A stretch of DNA of 64,000 nucleotides from Polyangiaceae bacterium (GTDB lineage Bacteria; Myxococcota_A; Polyangia; Polyangiales; Polyangiaceae). Under the pieces are notes generated by a model. That model did not search any database. It was not told the origin of the DNA and was given only the letters and a program-made list of their open reading frames with translations. Position numbers and translations under genes: made by a program. This document shows positions 19,858 to 29,702 of the stretch, one piece after another; positions within the stretch are counted from its first letter, which is position 1, and each line of letters starts with the position of its first letter. Location of the stretch: assembly GCA_965222375.1 (NCBI GenBank), contig CBDCTZ010000016.1:2944001-3008000 (forward strand), read 5' to 3'.

Positions 19858-21434
19858 GACGCCTGGCCGTTGCCCTGAGCTTCGCGCTGAGCCTGCTGGC
19901 TTGTGACGAGGACCATGACCACGAGGATGGTCATAAGCACGAGTCTGAGCACCCGCCGGGTCATGACCACCACGAGGAGGGCCATGGTCACGCTTCCGGA
20001 CAGATTCGAATCACCCGATGGAGCAAGGAGCTCGAACTCTTTGCCGAGCACGACGTTCCTGTCGCCGGAAAGAAAGTGGACTTCTTGGTCCATCTCACGG
20101 TGCTGAAAGGCTTTCGCGCCTTGACGGAAGGCACTGTCACCTTGGAGCTGAGCGGGCCTGCTAGCGTGAGTGCTTCGGCAAAGGTGCCAGTGAGGCCGGG
20201 CATCTATGAGCTTTCGCTCACGGCGCCGAAACCCGGAAAGTACCGCGGCAAGCTCAAGGTTGGCTCTTTTCCAGCAATGACGGGTATCGACCTCGTGGTG
20301 CATGCCGCGCCGCCCAAAGACGAGCCCAGTGAAGAAGATCCGCCGGACGCAATCGAGCTGCTCAAGGAGCAGCAGTGGGGCATCAAATTTGGCACGGCGT
20401 TTCCAAGACAAGGCGAAGTCACGCCGATGATTGAAGTGGGAGGCATCGTCGATACTCCGCCCGGTGGTAGCGCCGAGGTCGGGGCGCCCATTGCGGGCCG
20501 GGTTGTTGCCCCGCCTGGTGGGTTTCCAAAACCGGGGCAACTCGTGAAGAAGCGCCAGCTACTAGCCAAGCTCGCTCCGACGCCAACGTCACCGGAAAAC
20601 TCCGCGGAAGTCGGGCTTGCGGTGTCCGAGGCCCAGACGCGGGTCGCAGCGGCTCGTGCGGCCTTGGCGAGAGCTGAACGATTGCTGGCGGACCAAGCTA
20701 TCTCTCAACGTGAAGTGGACGATGCGCGTCGGGAGGCCAAGCTCGCGGATGACGTGCTTCGTGCAGCAAAGAAGAAGAAGTCGGTCTACTCCGGTGCAGC
20801 AAGTGGGCGTGGGGGTGCTTCCTGGCGATTGCTGTCGCCAATTAGCGGGCTCATCGTCAGCGTGAACCTGACGGCAGGCGCAGCCGTGTCTCAGGGGAGC
20901 GTGTTGTTTCGGATTGTCGATCCCGAAGAGTTTTGGATCCGCGCGCGCGTGCCCGAGCAGGATGCACCCCGCGTGCGCAGCGAGCAAGACGCTCGCTACC
21001 AAATTGCAGGTCTGAAAAAATGGGAGCTCATCCAAGTCACCGGCGATTCGCCGAAGGCTTCGGTCGTGAGTGTCGGACGCGCTGTGGACAAGCGGACCAG
21101 AACCGTCGATATCATCTACTCGCTGAAAGAACCGCCCAAGAGCCTGCGGGTCGCCGGCATGGTGCGGGTTGCGCTTCCAGCTGGCGAGCCGGCCAAGGGA
21201 CTGCTCGTGCCTCGCTCGGCGGTCTTGCATCGGGACGGCCGAGACATCGTATACGTACAACTCGACGGTGAACACTTCGCCCAACGGGTCGTACGGGTTG
21301 GAGCCAAGGCCGCCGACGAGGTCGTGCTGCTATCGGGTGTCTCCGCCAAGGACCGCGTCGTCACCCAAGGCACGCAGGTTGTCCGCCTCGCGAACCGGCC
21401 GAAGGGTGAGCAGCCCCACGGGCACGTGCACTGA
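19854..21434 (+). CDS. CzcB-like RND periplasmic adaptor lipoprotein, His-rich
   Basis: LLA-C lipobox, HDHEDGHKHESEH segment, lipoyl-like SPISGLI, VDKRTRTV, C-terminal PHGHVH. Confidence 0.9.
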   Translation: MRRLAVALSFALSLLACDEDHDHEDGHKHESEHPPGHDHHEEGHGHASGQIRITRWSKELELFAEHDVPVAGKKVDFLVHLTVLKGFRALTEGTVTLELSGPASVSASAKVPVRPGIYELSLTAPKPGKYRGKLKVGSFPAMTGIDLVVHAAPPKDEPSEEDPPDAIELLKEQQWGIKFGTAFPRQGEVTPMIEVGGIVDTPPGGSAEVGAPIAGRVVAPPGGFPKPGQLVKKRQLLAKLAPTPTSPENSAEVGLAVSEAQTRVAAARAALARAERLLADQAISQREVDDARREAKLADDVLRAAKKKKSVYSGAASGRGGASWRLLSPISGLIVSVNLTAGAAVSQGSVLFRIVDPEEFWIRARVPEQDAPRVRSEQDARYQIAGLKKWELIQVTGDSPKASVVSVGRAVDKRTRTVDIIYSLKEPPKSLRVAGMVRVALPAGEPAKGLLVPRSAVLHRDGRDIVYVQLDGEHFAQRVVRVGAKAADEVVLLSGVSAKDRVVTQGTQVVRLANRPKGEQPHGHVH

Positions 21435-24400
21435 TGATCGAAAGGCTCCTAGCGGCGTCGTTGCGCAATCGCGCCTTTGTCCTGATTGCGACCGTGTGCC
21501 TAGTCGTCCTCGGCACGTATAGGGCGTCGCGGATGCCCGTAGACGTGTTTCCAGACTTGACGGCTCCTCGGGTCACCATCGTCACCGAGTCAACGGGAAT
21601 GGCAGCCGTAGAGGTAGAGCGGCTGATCACGTTTCCCATTGAGGCCGCGGTCAACGGTGCGGCCGGGCTGCGCAGGGTGCGCTCGGCGTCCGCGGCTGGG
21701 ATCTCCGTGGTGTGGGCCGAATTCGATTGGCGCACCACCTCGATTGTGGCGCGGCAACGGGTGACGGAGCGCCTGCAGACCGTGGCGGGCACGTTGCCCC
21801 CCGAAGCCGAGCAGCCCATTCTCGCGCCAGCGGCCAGCGTGATGGGGGAGATCGCTTTTGTCGCTCTCACCAGTGACAAGATGGACCCGGTTTCTCTTCG
21901 ACGCGTCGCTGATGTGCAGGTGCGCCGGCGGCTCCTCGGTGTCGAGGGTGTTGCTCAGGTGGTGCCCATTGGCGGCGGTAGGAAGCAATATCAGGTTCTC
22001 GCGGACCCCCTCAAACTCGAGTCGCATGCCCTGACGCTGATGGACCTCACGTCGGCCCTCAGCCGAGCCAGCCACAATGCGCCGGGAGGGTACGTCGTTG
22101 AGCAAGGCCAGGAGTCCGTTGTGCGCGTGCTGGGGCGCGTGCACGATGTCGCGGGGCTCGAGGATGTCGTCGTAGAGGAGCGGGGTGGCACTCCGATACG
22201 CATTCGCGATGTCGCGACAGTGCGAATTGGTTCAGCCCCACCGCGTGGTGCCGCCAGCTATCGGGCAAAGCCCGCGGTTATGCTCACCGTAGTCAAGCAA
22301 TCCGAGGCCGACACCGTGTCGACGACTCGGCGACTCGATCGGGAGCTGGACCAGTTGAGCAAAGACCTGGTCCTCCGTGGCGTCGAGCTCAAGCGTGATG
22401 TCTTTCGCCAGCAAGACTTCATCGACACGGCCATCACCAATGTGGTCCGGGTGCTCCGGGACGGTGCGGTTTTGGTCATCCTCGTGCTCTTCTTGTTCAT
22501 GTGGAGCCTCAGGCCCACGCTGATCAGCGCGCTGGCTATCCCTCTTTCCCTGCTGACTGCCGCGTTGGTGCTCGACCTGGCTGGGATGACCCTGGACACC
22601 ATGACCCTCGGCGGCTTCGCCATAGCGATCGGAGAATTGGTCGACGATGCCATCGTCGATGTGGAGAACGTCGCACGACGCCTGAGACAGCGCGCGACGT
22701 TGCCCGAGGCCTCACGCCCCCCCATTGTCAAGACCGTCCTCGACGCGTCGTTGGAGATCCGCTCGTCGATCGTCAGCGCGACCTACATATTGATGCTGGT
22801 CTTCGTGCCGCTACTGTTGCTCGACGGTCTGGAAGGTAGGTTGTTGCGGCCACTCTCGATTGCGTATCTGGTCGCGATCTTCGCGTCCTTGGTCGTCGCC
22901 GTGACCGCGACGCCGGTATTGTGCAGCCTGTTCCTGGGGCGGTCTGGCGAAAAGGCCGCCGTGGAGCCTCCAGTGATGGGTTGGTTGTCGCGGCGCTATG
23001 CGCCGGTGCTCGCGACTGGCCTACGCCGACCGCACGCTGTGTTGGCTGGCGCCATCGCGCTGGTCCTCGTCGGCGTGGGGGCGCTGTCGCAAATGGGGCG
23101 TTCCTTCTTGCCGGAGTTCAACGAAGGCAACGTCACGATTGCGATGGTCCTGGCGCCAGGGACTGCCCTCGGCGAAAGCGACGCATTGGGAGCCATGGCC
23201 GAACGGGCGCTGCTGGCGGATCCAGGGGTGGTTTCCGTTGGGCGACGCACGGGCAGGGCCGAGCGAGATGAGCACGTGCTGGGAGTCGAAACGAGCGAAC
23301 TCGAGGTGCGACTCGATCCAAAAGACCCCCGCCGCAAGGAACAGGTTTTTGCAGATCTTCGGCAGCGGCTCAAGGTCGTGCCGGGTGCTCATTTCACCTT
23401 GGGGCAGCCGATTTCCCATCGCATCGAGCACATGATCTCCGGGCAGCGCGCCGCGCTTTCAATCAAGTTGTTTGGCGAAGACCTTACTGAGCTTCGCAGC
23501 ACAGCCGCCAGCATCCAGGAGGCCATCGAGGACGTTCCTGGTCTGGCCGATCTGGGCGTAGAACAGATCGTGGACGTTCCGGAGATCGTCGTGGACGTAG
23601 ACCGGGAACGTGCCGCCGCCCACGGCTTCTCTCAAGGGGCAGCGGCCACAAGCATCGGTGGCCTGCTATGGGGAACCGTCCCCACCCGCCTATACGAGGA
23701 AGGCACGACCGTGGACGTCGTGGTCAAGCACGAACCCACGGCGCTTTCGGATCTCGATGCCCTGACCCGGGTTCGTCTGACCGCTCCCTCGGGCGCTGTC
23801 GTCCCGATCTCCGCCCTCGCCGAGTTGCGCAGGGACGTCGGCCCGAACTACGTGCTTCGGGAAAACGTTGAGCGGCGCCTGGCGATCACGGCAAATATCG
23901 CGTCCAGCGATACGAGCCGGGTCGTCGAAGAAGTCGAGCGGCGAGTTTCCGAGCGCGTGAAGCCGTCTCCAACCGTGCGCATTGCCTACGCCGGGAATTT
24001 CCAACGCGCCTCGGAAGCGAATCAGCGCCTGTTCTTGTACGGCGCTCTTGCGATGCTGGGCATCGCGTTGATCGTCATGACAACTCTTCGGAGCGCGCGG
24101 CGAACAGCGATCGTGTTGTTCAACCTGCCCATGGCCCTTGTTGGCGGGGCACTCGGAGTCTATTTGGCCGGGGGCGTACTATCCGTCGCTACGACCATCG
24201 GGTTCATCACTCTGTTCGGGATTGCGACCCGAAACGGCATCCTGCTCGCGACCCGTACACGGGACCTGGAACTCGCCGGGAGCGACAGAACCGATGCCGT
24301 GGCCCGGGCTTCCCAAGAACGTCTAGCGCCGATCCTAATGACGGCGGTGACGGCCGCGCTTGGGCTGTTGCCCCTTGCCCTTGCGTCCGGGCAGCCCGGT

Positions 24401-24532
24401 AGCGAGATTCAGGCGCCGATGGCGCTGGTGATCCTGTGCGGACTAGTCACGTCCACCATGCTGAACATGCTGGTCGTACCGGCCATGCTGGCCCGCTGGG
24501 GTGGCCCACCTTCGGCGCAGTCTGCAGCCTAG
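21434..24532 (+). CDS. CzcA/CusA-family heavy-metal RND permease
   Basis: MPVDVFPDL, VERLITFPIE, GELVDDAIVDVEN, FLPEFNEG, RLAPILMTA; 1032 aa. Confidence 0.95.
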   Translation: MIERLLAASLRNRAFVLIATVCLVVLGTYRASRMPVDVFPDLTAPRVTIVTESTGMAAVEVERLITFPIEAAVNGAAGLRRVRSASAAGISVVWAEFDWRTTSIVARQRVTERLQTVAGTLPPEAEQPILAPAASVMGEIAFVALTSDKMDPVSLRRVADVQVRRRLLGVEGVAQVVPIGGGRKQYQVLADPLKLESHALTLMDLTSALSRASHNAPGGYVVEQGQESVVRVLGRVHDVAGLEDVVVEERGGTPIRIRDVATVRIGSAPPRGAASYRAKPAVMLTVVKQSEADTVSTTRRLDRELDQLSKDLVLRGVELKRDVFRQQDFIDTAITNVVRVLRDGAVLVILVLFLFMWSLRPTLISALAIPLSLLTAALVLDLAGMTLDTMTLGGFAIAIGELVDDAIVDVENVARRLRQRATLPEASRPPIVKTVLDASLEIRSSIVSATYILMLVFVPLLLLDGLEGRLLRPLSIAYLVAIFASLVVAVTATPVLCSLFLGRSGEKAAVEPPVMGWLSRRYAPVLATGLRRPHAVLAGAIALVLVGVGALSQMGRSFLPEFNEGNVTIAMVLAPGTALGESDALGAMAERALLADPGVVSVGRRTGRAERDEHVLGVETSELEVRLDPKDPRRKEQVFADLRQRLKVVPGAHFTLGQPISHRIEHMISGQRAALSIKLFGEDLTELRSTAASIQEAIEDVPGLADLGVEQIVDVPEIVVDVDRERAAAHGFSQGAAATSIGGLLWGTVPTRLYEEGTTVDVVVKHEPTALSDLDALTRVRLTAPSGAVVPISALAELRRDVGPNYVLRENVERRLAITANIASSDTSRVVEEVERRVSERVKPSPTVRIAYAGNFQRASEANQRLFLYGALAMLGIALIVMTTLRSARRTAIVLFNLPMALVGGALGVYLAGGVLSVATTIGFITLFGIATRNGILLATRTRDLELAGSDRTDAVARASQERLAPILMTAVTAALGLLPLALASGQPGSEIQAPMALVILCGLVTSTMLNMLVVPAMLARWGGPPSAQSAA

Positions 24533-24797
24533 TTCAGTTCCGACAGCATAAAACGCCGCCGCCGGAGGCTTGTGGCACCGCAGGCGATCATAAGCAGCAA
24601 AAGGACAATGCGGCGATAGCTAGGTTGCGCATGGCAACACTATAGCAGCGCCGCTGCTGCCGAGCATCAGTAGCACACACTGTAGGACAACGTCGGCCGG
24701 GGTCAGGCCGCGTCGATTGTCAGTGGATAGCTGAAGGCGATCCCTACTCGGACCGGCTGACAAACCTCCCCAACGCACAGGCCCTACACTGTAGGCA

Positions 24798-25823
24798 ATG
24801 AGTTCAGCCGTTCTCGAAACAATGCGCCTGGGTGTTCCGCCTTGGCCTACCTTGGATCCGTTTCTGTTTTGCGTGCACCACCGTGACGCCTATCCGGTTG
24901 GAAACGGGCAACTCGGACCGAAGGCGTCGCTTCAGGGACGCAACATCGGACAGGATTTCGCCGGCAAGGACGGCTGGAACATGTACCACGGCGACGTGGT
25001 ACCGGGCTTTCCCGCCCACCCGCACCGCGGCTTCGAAACCGTGACCATCGTCCGCAATGGCCTCGTCGATCACTCGGATTCCCTTGGCGCAACGGCTCGC
25101 TTCGGCCCTGGCGACGTTCAATGGCTCACGGCCGGCGCAGGGATCGTCCACTCAGAGATGTTTCCACTGACGGACTCTAAAAGCGCCAACCCCCTCGAGC
25201 TTTTCCAGATTTGGCTCAACTTGCCTGCAGCCGAAAAGATGGCGGAGCCCCACTTCGCCATGCTCTGGGGCAAGACGATCCCGCGAGCCAAATTCAAGGA
25301 CGATGCGGGTCGCGAAGCCGAAGTTACTGTCATTGCGGGCAGCTTCGGCGAGCACCGCCCACCGGCGCCACCCCCGCGTTCTTGGGCGTCACGCGACGAC
25401 TCGGACGTTGCGATTTGGAGTGTGCGCATGCAGGCCCGCGCTTCGTGCACGCTGCCGGCAGCCGAGGGCCCAGACACGCTACGCGCGCTGTATTTCTTCG
25501 GAGGTGATTCGTTGCGAGTAAGCGACGATACCCTCGATAGCCACGTCGTCGCCGTCGTCCGTTGCGATGACGCCCTCACACTAACCGCGGGCAAACAGGA
25601 TGCGGCCGTGCTGGTGCTGCAGGGCCGGCCCATTGGCGAACCGGTGGTTCAGCATGGTCCCTTTGTGATGAATACCCGCGAAGAGATCCAGCGCACCTTC
25701 GCCGACTATCAGCGGACCAAGTTCGGCGGCTGGCCGTGGAAGTCTGAAGACCCGAATCACGGCCGCAGCCAGGGCTGTTTCGCCAAACACGCCGATGGGC
25801 GGGTGGAGCGCCGGCCCGAGTAG
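24798..25823 (+). CDS. Pirin family protein
   Basis: DPFLFCVHH, GFPAHPHRGFETVT, WLTAGAGIVHSEM, FQIWLNLP, GPFVMNT. Confidence 0.95.
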   Translation: MSSAVLETMRLGVPPWPTLDPFLFCVHHRDAYPVGNGQLGPKASLQGRNIGQDFAGKDGWNMYHGDVVPGFPAHPHRGFETVTIVRNGLVDHSDSLGATARFGPGDVQWLTAGAGIVHSEMFPLTDSKSANPLELFQIWLNLPAAEKMAEPHFAMLWGKTIPRAKFKDDAGREAEVTVIAGSFGEHRPPAPPPRSWASRDDSDVAIWSVRMQARASCTLPAAEGPDTLRALYFFGGDSLRVSDDTLDSHVVAVVRCDDALTLTAGKQDAAVLVLQGRPIGEPVVQHGPFVMNTREEIQRTFADYQRTKFGGWPWKSEDPNHGRSQGCFAKHADGRVERRPE

Positions 25824-25824
25824 A

Positions 25825-27075
25825 TCAGTCTTCGAAGATGGCCGGGGTCCGCACCAACGCGGACGCCAGTTCTGGGTTGCGGAATCGGATCTCGAGCTTC
25901 GGGCGCTTCGCGCGCAGTCGCCGCACTGGGACGATGAGCTTCTTGCTGGGCCGTTTGGGTGAGCCGAAAGCGTGACCCGATTCGCCGCTCAGGGACAGGA
26001 CGCGCAGGCTGCGGAGCCCCGCCAAGGGATCCAAACGCGTCACCTTCGTTCCGGAAGCGTCCAGCTCCTGTAGTTTTGCCAGACGTGCCAACGGCGCCAA
26101 GTTCGTCAATGTGCTTTCCGAGGCATCTAGACGCGTCAGCTCTGGCATCGACGCGATGAAGGCGTAGCTGTCCAAGTTGGCGTCAGCGATGTCGAGGGTT
26201 TGGACTTGGGTGACGTTCGACAGAGCCCGCGCGCCTCGGCCCTGCACCGAAGACAGGGTGAGGTGCCTGAGCTTGGTGAGTCTGGACAGCGGACGCAGAT
26301 CGGCGCGTCGACAGGGGTTGACGAAAAGCGTCGTCATTTGAGTGGATGCCGCCAGGGCGGAGAGCTGCCGGCAGGGTGCGCCGAAGAGCACGACCTGTTC
26401 GAGGCGCGAAAGGCCTGTGAGCCCGGTCAAAGCGTCTGCGGGTGCTTCCACGGACAGCAAGCCGAGGCGACGCAGCCCCTTTGCCGCGGCAATGGGCTCC
26501 AAGGATTCGACGGCGATGAAGCCAAGGACGAGTCGTTCGAGCTTGGTCAGGGAACCGATGGGCGCGAGATCGACCTTTGGCGTCGGACGATTTAGCGCAG
26601 TCAATACTCGTGGGTGATCCGTGACCATGGTGGTGCGGTAGACCAGTCTCAGTCGCCGCAGCTCCGTCAGCTTGCTCAGAGGAGAGAGATCGGTGACATC
26701 CGTGCTCTCCAGGTCGAGCCTGCGCAGCTTTGGGTGCGCCGCCAGGGGTCGAAGATCTGTGACTCCGCTCTGGGACAAGACTAGGTCTTGCAGCTCCGTC
26801 AGCTCCGCAAGTTCGCCCAGGTCTGCAAAGCTGAGCTTCTTGCATTCGAAGCGTACGGCGTTGATGGGAACTCTCTGCTCACAGGCGGAAATCCGGCGTA
26901 CCGCTTTGGGTGGGGGTGCCGACGGTGTGGTCGCTCCGCCGGCTCGCTGCGTAGCGGTGGGCGGCTCGGTGGCAGGCGCCGCCGGCGGTGGTGCTCCCGC
27001 GCAAGAGAGCAGTGCGGCTGCCGGGAGCCACGTGGCGATCCTGGCGCTTTGGTTCCGAAACACAACGTGGGTCAC
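25825..27075 (-). CDS. Leucine-rich-repeat (internalin-like) lipoprotein
   Basis: LLS-C lipobox, Pro-rich linker, 22-aa repeats such as LRRLDLESTDVTDLSPLSKLTE. Confidence 0.85.
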   Translation of the reverse strand: MTHVVFRNQSARIATWLPAAALLSCAGAPPPAAPATEPPTATQRAGGATTPSAPPPKAVRRISACEQRVPINAVRFECKKLSFADLGELAELTELQDLVLSQSGVTDLRPLAAHPKLRRLDLESTDVTDLSPLSKLTELRRLRLVYRTTMVTDHPRVLTALNRPTPKVDLAPIGSLTKLERLVLGFIAVESLEPIAAAKGLRRLGLLSVEAPADALTGLTGLSRLEQVVLFGAPCRQLSALAASTQMTTLFVNPCRRADLRPLSRLTKLRHLTLSSVQGRGARALSNVTQVQTLDIADANLDSYAFIASMPELTRLDASESTLTNLAPLARLAKLQELDASGTKVTRLDPLAGLRSLRVLSLSGESGHAFGSPKRPSKKLIVPVRRLRAKRPKLEIRFRNPELASALVRTPAIFED

Positions 27076-27099
27076 GTGGCGCGAGCCACGATAGCACGC

Positions 27100-28530
27100 T
27101 TAGCGCCGAGCTTTGATACCGCCGCCGGGCAGGCCGCTGAAGACGTCCCGGGGCAGAAGGCCCAGCCAAGGGTCGCTGGCTGGGGTCAAGAAGAGATCCG
27201 AGTACACCCGTCGATTCAGAGTCGCGAAGTTCATGGGTTGGTTCGCCAGCCACTGATGAATGCGCCTGCGGAGCATCAGTTCGTTCTTCAACGTGTCCTG
27301 GGCGATGTGGTCCTCCAAACGGCGGAGCATCCGCTCAAGGTCCTTGCCGGCAGCTGTGTGCACGCGCCCGTCTCCCCGGTTCCAGGTAACGGGCCCCTTG
27401 CGGGCGATCACTTTGCGGCTGCTTTCGTCGAGGACGACCTTGTTGGCGTCGAGCTTGGCCAGGCGTGCCCAGACCGCATCTGTGTCGATTCGGCGCTCCA
27501 GCTCGGTGAACGTGGGAATGGTTCGCTGAATCACAGGTCGCTCGATCACGGCCTTGGTCACTGCAATTGGCACCGCTCGCTTCGCGCTCGGGGCAGCCGT
27601 TTTCCCACGGGGCCGCGCGAGCGGTGGCACTGCGTTGGGCGCCAGCCCGATGGCGCTGAGGCTTGCCGTCAGCTGACTTCGCGTCCTTCGCAGCGCACGG
27701 CGGTGGTGTGCTTGCGCGTACTGTGACCAGGCCGCGCCCTGAAGAGCTGACGCACCCCTGGCGACGCCACGCAAGTGTTTGAGGGCCGCCGTGAAAGCCC
27801 GGGCGCCGTATAAACCAGGCAGGGCATCCACGACGCGGCCCCGGGCATCCATGACGTAGTGGATGCTGTTCCCGGTGATGGTCCGCTCCAAGGTGCGCCC
27901 GTCGCCGTAGTCGATGGTAACGCGCGGGACCTTCCGTTCTGAGGTCCAGTGCAGCACGAAACTCTCTCGCAGCAGCCGAGAAACCCGGGCGTCCGGGTAG
28001 AGGGTGGTTCGGAACAACCGGCTGTTCGCACAGGACAGTTCGTCGTCCAAACGGCCCAGCATACGCAGAGAGACAATCGGCTTCCGCTCCGCCTGTGCCT
28101 GGGCCAGTGCTGCCTTGAAATCCGTGTGCCAATAGAGTCGAGAGACATCTGCGTCCAGCTGGCCAGCAACGGAGTCGATGACCCGACGAGCATCCACCCC
28201 GGGGTTGGGTCCCGCCGAAGCGAGCGCGGTGGCAAGCCCCTCGGGGCCCCGCGCTCTGAGGGCTCGCACTTCGGCCGAGCCGCGCGGCGCGGCTTCCTTC
28301 AAGGCGCCCGCAACGGCGTCCGCGGGCATCGCTGCACTGGCTGCACTGGCTGCACTGGGAGAGTGTCGGAACGACTGTGACTCCTGGACTTTCGGAGTTT
28401 TTTGGGGGGAGCCCGAGCAGGATATGGCGAGCAGCAGAAGGCCAATAGACAGCCCAGTGGCTCGCGTCAGCGCCGCCGGCTCCTGCGCTTGTCCCAAAGC
28501 CCTCAATATTCCATCGAAACGTGACGCCAT
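27100..28530 (-). CDS. Putative lipoprotein with thioredoxin-like domain resembling selenoprotein N
   Basis: GGAGG RBS, LAIS-C lipobox, WHTDFKAALAQAQAERKPIVSLRMLGRLDDELSCANSRLFR...LLRESFVLHW. Confidence 0.65.
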   Translation of the reverse strand: MASRFDGILRALGQAQEPAALTRATGLSIGLLLLAISCSGSPQKTPKVQESQSFRHSPSAASAASAAMPADAVAGALKEAAPRGSAEVRALRARGPEGLATALASAGPNPGVDARRVIDSVAGQLDADVSRLYWHTDFKAALAQAQAERKPIVSLRMLGRLDDELSCANSRLFRTTLYPDARVSRLLRESFVLHWTSERKVPRVTIDYGDGRTLERTITGNSIHYVMDARGRVVDALPGLYGARAFTAALKHLRGVARGASALQGAAWSQYAQAHHRRALRRTRSQLTASLSAIGLAPNAVPPLARPRGKTAAPSAKRAVPIAVTKAVIERPVIQRTIPTFTELERRIDTDAVWARLAKLDANKVVLDESSRKVIARKGPVTWNRGDGRVHTAAGKDLERMLRRLEDHIAQDTLKNELMLRRRIHQWLANQPMNFATLNRRVYSDLFLTPASDPWLGLLPRDVFSGLPGGGIKARR

Positions 28531-28767
28531 GCGCACCTCCAACCGCTCATCGTGGGCTCGGCAAGAGTGTGACGCGCGGGTACTCAATTTTTGTTTGGGG
28601 GTCGAGCGTTGGGTCGTTCTGGGCCCCTAATCTCGCTCTGGGCCGTGACGGGCCGCAGGCAGCAGCGCGAGATTAGGGCTGCAGTAACGCCCCAGTGCTC
28701 GACCCCAAAAACAATCAGCTGTCGAGCGACTACCGATGTTCGACCCGAGTGCTACATTGATGGACGA

Positions 28768-29682
28768 ATGTCTCCGCGATTTCGCTGGTTGCTCGCCGCC
28801 GTTGCCTTCTTGGGGGTAGCGCCCGCGGTGCAAGCGCGGCCCGCTCGAGGCCTGGTGCCCGCGCCGTCGCTGAAAGCGGCCAAGGGCCAGGTGGTGACCC
28901 AACCCGGTCGGACGGCCACAGCAGACACGAGCCTCGAGGCACGGGTGCTTGCCGCAAGTGTGTTTCTGCCCGCACGTGCCTGCACCGGCGTCGTCGTCGG
29001 GTCTGCTAGAGTCGTGGCTACGGCGGCGCACTGCCTCGTGCCCGGCAAGAAGACCACGCGAGTCAAGTTCTCCGACGGCCTGAAGACGACTGCGCGGGTG
29101 GCGCATGTAGACAAAGACCGCGACGTCGCACTGCTGGTGACGGACCAGCCGAGCAGTGTCGCGCCTCTGAGCCTGACTAGTTCGATGCCGAGGGTCGGCA
29201 CCAAGCTGCTATTCCTCGGTCGCCCGGACCGCGCCCGCGCGCGCCACACGCGAGTCACCCGCCTCGGTCCATGTCCGGGGCTTCCAAAGCTTAGAGCTGC
29301 AGCGTTCACCACCTTGTCGGCCGTCCCCGGGGATTCCGGTGCGCCGCTGGTGGATCCGGCAGGGCGAGTCGTGGCCTTGGTGCACGGCGGAGTGCGCTGC
29401 CACATTGCCGTTCCGGTGCGCCCGTTGCGCAAGGCGTTTGTCGGCCTGCCTCCGGATGTGCGCACAGCAAGCCCAGCACTCCCGGATCCAGCCCAGCCGT
29501 CGAAAGCAGCCCAACAGCCCGAGCCGGGCGCGCCCGCGGATGCGGCCGCTGATCCAGATGCCAAGAAAGGCGCGGCCGCGTCGGATCCGGGCGATGGCGC
29601 TCGCTTCGGGCCTTTCGTATTCGAGCGGACTAAGAAGGGCTTTCGGTTCCGCTTTTCGTTCTCCGTCGGCAACAAGAAGTAG
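28768..29682 (+). CDS. Secreted trypsin-like (S1) serine protease
   Basis: Signal peptide, catalytic motifs TAAHC, DVALL and GDSGAP. Confidence 0.9.
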   Translation: MSPRFRWLLAAVAFLGVAPAVQARPARGLVPAPSLKAAKGQVVTQPGRTATADTSLEARVLAASVFLPARACTGVVVGSARVVATAAHCLVPGKKTTRVKFSDGLKTTARVAHVDKDRDVALLVTDQPSSVAPLSLTSSMPRVGTKLLFLGRPDRARARHTRVTRLGPCPGLPKLRAAAFTTLSAVPGDSGAPLVDPAGRVVALVHGGVRCHIAVPVRPLRKAFVGLPPDVRTASPALPDPAQPSKAAQQPEPGAPADAAADPDAKKGAAASDPGDGARFGPFVFERTKKGFRFRFSFSVGNKK

Positions 29683-29702
29683 CCGAGAATCGACAAGCGC
29701 CC

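Noticed and set aside
28020..28040. Selenocysteine in the SelN-like protein
   Set aside because: The codon is TGT (Cys) followed by GCG; no in-frame TGA.
28331..28357. GCTGCACTG x3 microrepeat
   Set aside because: In-frame low-complexity Ala/Ser linker coding; unremarkable.
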